Source: Parcubacteria bacterium C7867-001 (GTDB taxonomy: Bacteria > Patescibacteriota > Minisyncoccia > Phycocordibacterales > Phycocordibacteraceae). From it: a stretch of DNA of 64,000 bases. Numbering within the stretch: the stretch's first letter is position 1; each line of letters begins with the position of its first letter. The stretch lies in the NCBI GenBank assembly GCA_001189095.1, contig LFCK01000001.1, forward strand, positions 317,159 to 381,158, given 5' to 3'. Of the stretch, positions 56,461-64,000 are shown one piece after another. The notes beneath the pieces are model-generated. The model was not told where the DNA came from, ran no database searches, and saw nothing but the letters and a program-made list of their open reading frames with translations. A program made the translations under genes and the position numbers.

Positions 56461-56811
56461 ATGCCGAAGTTTTCTGACGAGTTCGAGGCACTGGCACGCA
56501 AGGAGTATCCGAATAATACGGAGCTCCATGCGGCGTTCGATGCGGGAAAGGTCGGGAGGGTCTACCAGATCATCACCGACATTAACGAGGCCGACCGTTT
56601 CAACTACGGCAGCCTCTACCCCGCAGGCATCCTCGAGATGCGCAAGGAGCTCGGCGACGCTGGGTTCTTCGAACGCATCGAGCGAGCGGAACGCATCGAG
56701 CGGGTGTATGCGCGCATGGGCGCGGATATTCCCGAAGAAGGTGAGCTCGACTGGGCCATCACCGACGAACTCGACGCTGAACGCGAAGACGCCGACGCCA
56801 CGAACCCGTGA
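56461..56811 (+). CDS. hypothetical protein
   Basis: RBS acggagg before the ATG; 116 aa, acidic; followed by a terminator. Confidence 0.5.
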   Translation: MPKFSDEFEALARKEYPNNTELHAAFDAGKVGRVYQIITDINEADRFNYGSLYPAGILEMRKELGDAGFFERIERAERIERVYARMGADIPEEGELDWAITDELDAEREDADATNP

Positions 56812-56840
56812 ACCACTGCTTGAGCCAGCATAAAAAGCTC

Positions 56841-56870
56841 AACCCCGCGCCACAGGCGCGGGGTTTTCTT
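56841..56870 (+). terminator. rho-independent terminator
   Basis: aaccccgcgcc-aca-ggcgcggggtt followed by ttcttt. Confidence 0.65.
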
Positions 56871-56974
56871 TACCAGAAACAGTTCAAAAGCTTCCGGCGA
56901 GATGCGCGCGAATCGGAACGCTTGAATGGGCGGCGTTTCGAGTCGTGCGACGTCGAGCGGCTTTTGAAATATTT

Positions 56975-58075
56975 CTATTTGAAGAGCTTGAAGATATCGC
57001 TAGCGGTAACGACAAGCATCAGGAGAATTAGGAGCGCGAAGCCTGCGGTATTCACTCCGCGCGCGATACCTTTCGGAAGCGGGCGGCGGATGATTGCCTC
57101 GATGATGACAAAGAGCAGCCGTCCGCCATCGAGCGCCGGTACCGGCACGAGATTAATGAGCGCCAAGTTTATCGAAATGATTGCCGTGATGATGAGCACC
57201 GAGGCGAATCCTTCCGCGCTTGCCGTTCCGACCGCACCCACGATGCCAACCGGACCCGAAACCTGAGAAAGGTCGGCAGAAAGCGTGAAGAAGCTTCCGA
57301 AGAAGTGCGCGAGCCCTGCTGCGGTCTGCTTCGTGATTTCCCATGTAAGCTTCGCTCCTTCAACAGGTGCCGATAGGAGCGACACCGGAAGCGTTCCAAC
57401 GGTACCTATCGCAATACCAAGCGCGCGACGCTCCGGTTCGCTCGGCGAAACGTGGTCCGCCGGAACCGCGGCGATATCCTTCTCTTCCCCTGCCCGCTTC
57501 ACGGTAAGCGTCACTGCCGCCTCTTTCGTATCTTCAGCAATAAATTCAGAGAAGAGCGCGGGATCGTAGCCTGAGAAAACTTTGTCCGCGCGTGCTGCGC
57601 GAAGAATGATGTCTCCTTGCATGAGACCTGCGCGCGCTGCCGGCGAATCCGGAAGCACGTGGCTTATGGCGAGGCCGGTATCCTTAGCGCGCGCCGCCTC
57701 CTCAAGGGTGAGCGACCGCTCAGTTCCCATGAAGAGCACGAGCGAGATGAGGAGCCACGCGAAGAGAAGGTTCATCGCGATACCCGCAACGAGCGTCGCG
57801 GCCTGCAGGATGCGTGGCTTTGCGACAAAAGAATCCTTTGGCGGATGCTTTTCTTCTTCAGAGTCATCCTCGCCGAGAATCTTTACGAACCCACCAAACG
57901 GCAGCCAATTGAGAGAATAGAGCGTTCCTTTATAGGTAAATCCCGCTGCGCGCGGCGGATAGCCGATACCGAACTCTTCGACCTTCATGCCGGACCACTT
58001 CGCGACGACGAAATGCCCAAACTCGTGCACCACGATAAGTGCGACGAGAACGATGATGAAAATAAGTATGCTCAT
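56975..58075 (-). CDS. rseP: RIP metalloprotease RseP (site-2 protease) with PDZ domain
   Basis: HEFGHF (HExxH) in TM1, PDZ region, LDGG motif near the C-terminus. Confidence 0.85.
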   Translation of the reverse strand: MSILIFIIVLVALIVVHEFGHFVVAKWSGMKVEEFGIGYPPRAAGFTYKGTLYSLNWLPFGGFVKILGEDDSEEEKHPPKDSFVAKPRILQAATLVAGIAMNLLFAWLLISLVLFMGTERSLTLEEAARAKDTGLAISHVLPDSPAARAGLMQGDIILRAARADKVFSGYDPALFSEFIAEDTKEAAVTLTVKRAGEEKDIAAVPADHVSPSEPERRALGIAIGTVGTLPVSLLSAPVEGAKLTWEITKQTAAGLAHFFGSFFTLSADLSQVSGPVGIVGAVGTASAEGFASVLIITAIISINLALINLVPVPALDGGRLLFVIIEAIIRRPLPKGIARGVNTAGFALLILLMLVVTASDIFKLFK

Positions 58076-58081
58076 GTAGGT

Positions 58082-58633
58082 TTACAGCGCTATCTCCTCC
58101 TGCTTCTTCTTGAGAAGCCCGTCAAACGAAGCGTTTGCGGCATCTATCATTTTCTGTACTTCGTCCTTCAGGCGTTTCAATTCATCCTGTCCCATACCGC
58201 CCTCTTTTTCTGCAGCGTCGAGTTCTTTGATCGCTTCGGTGCGATGACCACGCAGGGTGATGCGTGCCTGCTCGGTCTTTTCGTTTGCAAGCTTTGCGAG
58301 CATCGTGCGGCGCTCGCCGGTGAGTTCAGGGAAAATGATGCGAAGGCCCTGATCATCAGTCACGACCGAGACGCCAAGATCCGCTTCCGTGATTCCCTTT
58401 TCGATATTCTTCATCACTGTTTTGTCCCACGGCACGATGCGTATCGTGCGAGCGTCTTCAACCGAAACAGAACCGACCGCCTGTATCGAGCTTGGTGCGC
58501 CGTACACTTCGAACTTCACGCGGTCGAGAAGCGCGGTCGAGGCGCGTCCGGTGCGAACGCTCGAGAGCTCTTTCTGGAGCCATTCTTCCGATTCCTTTAT
58601 ATGTGTTTTGAGTTTTGAAAAGTCGTATGCCAT
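58082..58633 (-). CDS. frr: ribosome recycling factor
   Basis: 183 aa; LSSVRTGRASTALLDRV... is canonical RRF. Confidence 0.9.
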   Translation of the reverse strand: MAYDFSKLKTHIKESEEWLQKELSSVRTGRASTALLDRVKFEVYGAPSSIQAVGSVSVEDARTIRIVPWDKTVMKNIEKGITEADLGVSVVTDDQGLRIIFPELTGERRTMLAKLANEKTEQARITLRGHRTEAIKELDAAEKEGGMGQDELKRLKDEVQKMIDAANASFDGLLKKKQEEIAL

Positions 58634-58709
58634 TACAGGGCATTATAGCAAAAGTCCTCGGAACTAGGTTCCGAGGACTGATGTTGGTTTGTGGCGAGAA
58701 GCCGCCGAC

Positions 58710-59231
58710 TTAGTCGCGATAGCTGCCGATGTAGCGCTTGGGCCCCATCAGCTCGCAACGCCGGATTTCCTGCTTGCGCGTCATGTGCTGGTTGACCCAG
58801 CTTTGACCGCCAGAAGAGATCAGGCCGCCGAGCGCGCCGCCGAGGGTCACGTCGCCGCTGACATTGCCGGGATAGTTTCGTGTCGAAATCGCCCCACCAA
58901 CGCCGCCCCCGAGCGCGCCGAAGGCGCCTTGCTTCATCGCAACCGTACCGGCGCTGTCGTAGATTTCGGCGATGATCTGCTTGCAGGTCATCGGTTCACC
59001 ATCAACGAGTGTCGTCGGTTCGTCAGATTGCTCAGTGCGCGAAGATTTCGAGCCGCCGGATGTTTTGCATCCGTCGTACTCGCCGTCAGCATTGCGATGG
59101 AAATCGCGAGGCGCGCACATTGCCTGCGGAACGGTGTCGTTGTACGTTTTCGCCACTGCGATGGTCGGCGTCATGAACGACGCCGCCGACAGGATGAGGG
59201 CGAGAGATCCCGCCCGGAGCATCGTGTTCAT
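58710..59231 (-). CDS. secreted glycine-zipper-type protein (hypothetical)
   Basis: Start moved to MNTMLRAGSLALIL... (signal peptide); Gly-rich C-terminus GAFGALGGGVGGAIS...GGALGGLISSGG; 173 aa. Confidence 0.5.
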   Translation of the reverse strand: MNTMLRAGSLALILSAASFMTPTIAVAKTYNDTVPQAMCAPRDFHRNADGEYDGCKTSGGSKSSRTEQSDEPTTLVDGEPMTCKQIIAEIYDSAGTVAMKQGAFGALGGGVGGAISTRNYPGNVSGDVTLGGALGGLISSGGQSWVNQHMTRKQEIRRCELMGPKRYIGSYRD

Positions 59232-59377
59232 TTGGCTTCCTTTCGTATGGTTGAGCCACGTATCGCTTGAGTCCTTGCCAACATGGAAAGAACCGCTGTT
59301 GTGCAGCATATCACACACTAAGCTGTACGTCAAGTGCAGCTCAGCGTGTTTTTACGGCCTAGATACGGGCCCGTTTT

Positions 59378-61732
59378 CTAGCGGCCACCACGCCCCTTTC
59401 CTACCCGAATCCATCCTGGCAGTTGATTCGAGAATCGTCCGCGATGTATTCGATTCACAAGCTGTCCATCGAGTCGCTCGATGTTACGGAGCGCCGTCCC
59501 TATACGTCCATCAATATCTCGCTTGTCCCTAAAAGCACCGAGATGCCGGCGATCGCTGTACAGTTTTTTTAGTGCTTTTAGTGCAGCATCGTATCGAACA
59601 CTGGTTTTCTTACGTCCTTCCTTATAGGGATCCTTTGCTGGAAAGAACGGAAAGAGTTTTTGTGGTCGCTCTTCGAAACGTCCCTCCTTGTCGTAGTATT
59701 TAATATTCATTGTCGAAACCTGCGCTTCGGTTTCAGCAAAGGTGAGGTAGTCGAGTCGCGCTTCTTCGTATTCAGTCCGCGAAGCGTCAGACCTTCCTTC
59801 GAAAAGCGGAGCGAGATCGTTCGTCGCCGGACGAAGCATATGCGAAAGCATTTCGCGGGAGTCTTCAGTCGCACGGCTGGCAAGAACCTTTTCTGCAACC
59901 GGACCTACTTCCTTCACAAGGAAGGAGTCGCGCAGGAGTCCTGCGACCGGATCAAAGGAGGTATCGCGTGTGAGGTCATGTGCCGTCTCTTCGGTCGAGA
60001 ATGCGTTAAGGATTTTGGTGAGTGCTACCTCTCGAAGTCGATCTTCGCCCTCGCCCTTCTTGATGAATCCAGCACCGGGGCGCATAAGATTTGTGAGCGC
60101 GTGAAGGAGCGAATTGCGCGCCTCGACATAATTCTCGCGCATATTCATCGCCTTTCGATCAAGCCGTAAATCCTTTCCCTTCTTTTGTGCTTCCGCTATC
60201 TTGTCGACGAGAATATCTCGGTAGTCACCGCGTGCCGTTTGGTACGACTTAAAGAGAAAGGCGACCGCCTCCTGATTTTTTCCGAGCAGTTCTTTGAGCA
60301 TGCCCGATACTGCCTCTTTACCCTCTCCTTGTTCCGCTGACTTTCCGAGAAGCGCCTTCTCTTCTGCGTCGAAGAGCGCTCGGATATCTTTCATGCTGAT
60401 CGGGTTCTTCTGATTCGCGTCCGTGATGATTCCCGCCTTGTCGTGCGTATTCTGATCGACGTTATTCCCCATCGCATGAAGGAGATCTTCCTTTGCTTCG
60501 AGATACGCAGCTTTGCGCGCAGGATCGTTCGGCGCATCCGCATACGCCTGACGAGCTGCGAAGAACACATCATCGAGCACGCCGAAGTTGCTCAGCTCGC
60601 GACCTTTCATCGTGCCCATGAAGTAACGCTCAAGCAGTTCGCTCACCGTCTTCGGCTTTGCAATCATTAACTTCTCTTCTTTCTTAGCTTCAGCTGGCGC
60701 GACTATCGCCGGTGCCTCTGAGGGCTTAGGAGCCGGAGCTGCTTCTGTGAGCGCATCGGGTGCAGGAGTCCCGTCCTTCTCCGCGACTGTTTCCGCTGGC
60801 GCTTTTTCCGCGACAGGCGCTGCAACTTCTTCCGGAGGGAGATCCTCATCACGAGAACCAACGAGTGATGCCGCCTTAGCGAGTTCTGCCATCGAACGCT
60901 CGCGCAGCTTAGACGCAGCTTCCTCTTCCGGTGTTCTCCTGCGCCACATGGCGTCCGCGATGACCTCGCTCGGGGTCCTTCTGATTTTTACGATGGATTC
61001 AATATGCGCTCCTAGCTTTATTGCTTCGCTTGCTTCATCAACATAGAACGGTGAATAGATTTCCTCGGCGAGCTCCTTTGGCGGAATACCTATGTGCTTC
61101 CCGAGTTTCTGAATTTCGCCAACAAGTTGATCGCGCGCGTCCACGTACATGTCGCGCAAATCTTCCATTGTCTCAGGATCATGATCTTTATTACCCAGAT
61201 GCTCAAAGTACATGTCGCGACAATTCGTAAATACATCTTTCGCTCCGTTATACTTCTTCATTTCCTTCGGAGGATAGGTATCGAGCATCGAATTTGCTTC
61301 GAGAGCTGTGAGCTTGAGGAGCGGCGAGGGCATTTCCTTGCCTTGCGACTCTGAACGCTCTGGAGTGACACTTTGTTCAGGAGGAGCCGCAGGAACAACA
61401 TCTCCTAAGGTGGGAATATTTCGCATCGCTTCTTCAAAACGAGCAGCCTTCTCTTCTTCACTGACCGCTCGTAGCGCTGGCTGACCTGCCGGATCACCAT
61501 CGAGTCCTTCGAGAAAAGACTCATCATCTTCCTCAGCAGACGCTCCCGCAGCAGAAGTCGCTGATTCTGATCTTGCGCGATTTCGTGGAGGCTTCTTTTC
61601 TTTCGGCGCACTGCGTTGCGACTTTCCCTTCTCAACTTTTACACCGTCCCCTTCGGTCGTTGAAGATGCAGATGCATCCGGAGTGCCGGGTCGTTGGCGA
61701 CGAGAACGAGGGAGAGGAGGATCTTGATCCAT
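59378..61732 (-). CDS. large hypothetical protein (784 aa), disordered basic/acidic N-terminus then long helical repeats
   Basis: No TM and no enzymatic motif recognised; Ala/Pro/Glu-rich linker (...APAPKPSEAPAIVAPAEAKKEEK...). Confidence 0.55.
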   Translation of the reverse strand: MDQDPPLPRSRRQRPGTPDASASSTTEGDGVKVEKGKSQRSAPKEKKPPRNRARSESATSAAGASAEEDDESFLEGLDGDPAGQPALRAVSEEEKAARFEEAMRNIPTLGDVVPAAPPEQSVTPERSESQGKEMPSPLLKLTALEANSMLDTYPPKEMKKYNGAKDVFTNCRDMYFEHLGNKDHDPETMEDLRDMYVDARDQLVGEIQKLGKHIGIPPKELAEEIYSPFYVDEASEAIKLGAHIESIVKIRRTPSEVIADAMWRRRTPEEEAASKLRERSMAELAKAASLVGSRDEDLPPEEVAAPVAEKAPAETVAEKDGTPAPDALTEAAPAPKPSEAPAIVAPAEAKKEEKLMIAKPKTVSELLERYFMGTMKGRELSNFGVLDDVFFAARQAYADAPNDPARKAAYLEAKEDLLHAMGNNVDQNTHDKAGIITDANQKNPISMKDIRALFDAEEKALLGKSAEQGEGKEAVSGMLKELLGKNQEAVAFLFKSYQTARGDYRDILVDKIAEAQKKGKDLRLDRKAMNMRENYVEARNSLLHALTNLMRPGAGFIKKGEGEDRLREVALTKILNAFSTEETAHDLTRDTSFDPVAGLLRDSFLVKEVGPVAEKVLASRATEDSREMLSHMLRPATNDLAPLFEGRSDASRTEYEEARLDYLTFAETEAQVSTMNIKYYDKEGRFEERPQKLFPFFPAKDPYKEGRKKTSVRYDAALKALKKLYSDRRHLGAFRDKRDIDGRIGTALRNIERLDGQLVNRIHRGRFSNQLPGWIRVGKGRGGR

Positions 61733-61842
61733 AGAAAGTATATTTTCAGTATAAATTTTAGCACGCTCTATAAAAACGAGGGGGAGCCGTGAGGCTCCCC
61801 CTGTGCATGCGCCGAAGCGAATGCGAATTGGTGTGCGATTTT

Positions 61843-62577
61843 TTAGCTCGACGCGCCGAACCCTTCTTGGTTCGAATCGCTGTTCGTCGGGCCCCCGTTT
61901 TCAGGAACGACAATGTCGTCCTCCGAGTGCGTCTGAGTGTCCGTCGTTTCGGACCCGGTCGCGGCTTCATTCGTGAGCCACGCGCCGAGTTCGACCGGTT
62001 CGGTCACCGAGGAGCCGCCGAGGAAGCGGACCCAGCATTCGGTTTGCTCGTATTCTTCCCGCTTTTCGTCGGAAAGGAGCTCGCCGGCATAGTAGAGCAC
62101 ATCGTGGAGGACGTGCGCTTCTTCGGTCGTGCCGTCGACCCGCAAGTTAAACATGATACCGCTCTCGGCGCTGACCTTATCGGCCAGCTTCGCGAGAATG
62201 GCATTCCTGAGGGCCGTCGCCGCTTTCGCGTTCGGGCCGCGCGGCTTCTTGGCGCTTGGATTGCCGAAGACGCCATTCAGGTAGTGCTTCATCGACGCGG
62301 TGCCGTTGCGAGCGGCGACCTGCGATTTGACGAAGCCGTGAACCCAGAGGACTTGGAGGACCAGATCGTCCTCCTTATCGTTCACGAGGCCGACGCCGTC
62401 CGACAATTTCTCGCCGGTCGCCGCCAACAACGCTTCCAGGTTCTCTTTGCCATAGCGACGTTCCGCGCGCGACATAATCTTGCCGCGGCCAAACGCATCA
62501 GTGTCGATGCGAGCGACCTGACCACCTTCTTGGGCGGCCGGGTTGGAGACGGAGGCATTACGATCCCGAGTAGCCAT
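61843..62577 (-). CDS. hypothetical protein
   Basis: Start moved to the ATG with aaggag RBS; 244 aa; the 312-aa ORF on the opposite strand is antisense noise. Confidence 0.45.
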   Translation of the reverse strand: MATRDRNASVSNPAAQEGGQVARIDTDAFGRGKIMSRAERRYGKENLEALLAATGEKLSDGVGLVNDKEDDLVLQVLWVHGFVKSQVAARNGTASMKHYLNGVFGNPSAKKPRGPNAKAATALRNAILAKLADKVSAESGIMFNLRVDGTTEEAHVLHDVLYYAGELLSDEKREEYEQTECWVRFLGGSSVTEPVELGAWLTNEAATGSETTDTQTHSEDDIVVPENGGPTNSDSNQEGFGASS

Positions 62578-62739
62578 GTTGTGGGCTCCTTGGTTGGTGA
62601 CAAAGAACGATCCTCGAACGGACCACCATGGTGCTGCATGCACCTTGGTGAATACATATTACACCATCGGTGTTATTTTGTCAAGTACCCCGCGAGCGCT
62701 GCTATACTTTCCCTACTAACCCCTTAAGTATCCCCGTCC

Positions 62740-63420
62740 ATGAGCGAATCCCAACCGCCTACCCCGCCGAGCAAGGAAAACCCGCCCCGCGACACATCCA
62801 GTCCCTACGAACTACTCGGTTTTGGTCCAGAAGTAGTCGGAGCATCGCTTTCTCCCGAAGAATTGAAGGACGCCTACCGCAAACTCTCGAAAACACATCA
62901 CCCTGACTTGGGCGGGAACGCGGAAGCCTTCAAGAATTTAACGGAAGCCTACGCAAAACTCAGCGACCCAGACACTCGTCGCGAGATCGATCTTGAGCTT
63001 GAAGCAAAACGACACATCTCGGACAATATCGACAGCATCATGGATGACGATGCGCCGGCACGGCCCGCTCGGCGCGTTGCTCCACGAGCACGAGCCTCCG
63101 GAGAAACAACAACCCAGCAACGACGCACCTACTCTGTAGCAATTGAGAACGGTAAGGAATATCTCCTTAAAAACGAAACGGGTGAAAAGCTTGGAGAGGG
63201 ATACAAACAAATAACCGACCGCGGACGATTCCTTGTTGGCGTCGCCGAATCGCGTCGCACACCTATGGAGTATCTCCTTGACCCGAAAAGCGGAGAGCGA
63301 CTCGCGGGCCCCTACACGCAGATACGCCGGAATGAACAGGGTGACGTTATTGGAACGTCACAAGGACGCACGGGAACATCCGAAGAGAAGCTCGACGTTC
63401 CTGAGTGGACGAAGAACTAA
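62740..63420 (+). CDS. J-domain (DnaJ-like) protein with unique C-terminal region
   Basis: J-domain with HPD motif (YELLGF...AYRKLSKTHHPDLGGN...AYAKLSDPDTR); no DnaJ Gly/Phe or zinc-finger regions. Confidence 0.7.
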   Translation: MSESQPPTPPSKENPPRDTSSPYELLGFGPEVVGASLSPEELKDAYRKLSKTHHPDLGGNAEAFKNLTEAYAKLSDPDTRREIDLELEAKRHISDNIDSIMDDDAPARPARRVAPRARASGETTTQQRRTYSVAIENGKEYLLKNETGEKLGEGYKQITDRGRFLVGVAESRRTPMEYLLDPKSGERLAGPYTQIRRNEQGDVIGTSQGRTGTSEEKLDVPEWTKN

Positions 63421-64000
63421 CGCAACGACGCGGGAGTCACAAGGAGGAGGTGCTCGAAGATGGGTTTTAGGGGCGCAGCGCGGTCGTGAAGTATTGGAAT
63501 GAAGCTGTTCAAGTCAGTGAGAAATGCTACAAGCGCCGCATCGTTACCACTTCCCTCTTTGCGGGCACGATATCCCGCGCGCATGAGTCCTTCAGCGAGC
63601 GTAAGTGCTTCAAGGCGCGCAGCCTGTTTTTCTGTGTCCTTGTCGGACTTGGTTTTATCGAGAAGTTTTGCGACCAGTTTTTCGCGCGCAGCAGAGGTGC
63701 CCGTAATAAATGCTTCGACGATTTCTGACTCCTCTTTTTTCGTACGTTTCCCTTCAGGGAAGGCCTGTCTACCGGTAGGCAGGGGAAGAATGCGCGAGCG
63801 AAGCGTGGGCAGGATTATCCCTTCGCTTGGGACTACTAATATAAGGACGGTCCCTTCTGGCGGCTCTTCGAATAATTTAAGGAGTGCGTTCTGTGCTTCA
63901 TGGAAAAGTCGTCCTGTTGCGACGATAAGCACTTTCGTTTCGCCAGCAACCGGCGATTGCCGCGCGAGATCGTTTACCGCACGCGCGTCCGCAACTGAAA
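63417..64000 (-). CDS. holB: DNA polymerase III delta' subunit-like clamp-loader protein (partial, N-terminus beyond window)
   Basis: ...AQNALLKLFEEPPEGTVLILVV... clamp-loader motif; the reading frame stays open to the window edge. Confidence 0.65.
   Translation of the reverse strand, partial: SVADARAVNDLARQSPVAGETKVLIVATGRLFHEAQNALLKLFEEPPEGTVLILVVPSEGIILPTLRSRILPLPTGRQAFPEGKRTKKEESEIVEAFITGTSAAREKLVAKLLDKTKSDKDTEKQAARLEALTLAEGLMRAGYRARKEGSGNDAALVAFLTDLNSFIPILHDRAAPLKPIFEHLLLVTPASLR

Noticed and set aside
1-64000. CRISPR arrays, integrase, transposase or prophage genes, rRNA genes
   Set aside because: No arrays of regularly spaced direct repeats were seen. No ORF had integrase, transposase or phage structural motifs. 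No rRNA-like conserved stretches were seen.

Overview
This is a gene-dense, GC-rich bacterial chromosomal segment with roughly 75 protein genes, two tRNAs and no rRNA, CRISPR array, integrase or transposase. The content is mostly housekeeping. It includes seven aminoacyl-tRNA synthetases (tyrS, trpS, archaeal-type aspS, gltX, cysS, class I lysS, and an editing-domain-less proS). The division and cell-wall cluster is split in two, with mraY, ftsW and murG on the plus strand near 10–15 kb and mraZ, rsmH, ftsL, ftsI and murF on the minus strand at 43.6–48.3 kb. Other recognisable genes are an mreBCD-mrdA operon, scpAB, dnaB, recR, rmuC, greA, frr, rseP, the ribosomal proteins L9, L21 and L27, and an island of secreted proteins. 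Short overlapping genes, frequent TTG/GTG starts, many small hypothetical proteins, the class I LysRS and the archaeal-type AspRS suggest a reduced-genome lineage such as Patescibacteria/CPR, but this is inference only. The most unusual items are listed here.
- Both tRNA genes are followed by degenerate partial tRNA copies.
- A ~430-bp ORF-free region at a convergent gene junction is built from nested, mutually exclusive perfect hairpins and is a candidate structured ncRNA.
- A two-gene cassette encoding a TM-less SPFH/band-7 protein and a divergent NAD-kinase-like protein with GPDG in place of GGDG sits between mraY and ftsW.
- A frameshifted membrane-anchored gene carries a degenerate Ada-like zinc-ribbon C-terminal domain.
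- Two perfect consensus sigma-70 promoters and a 97-nt double hairpin are present.
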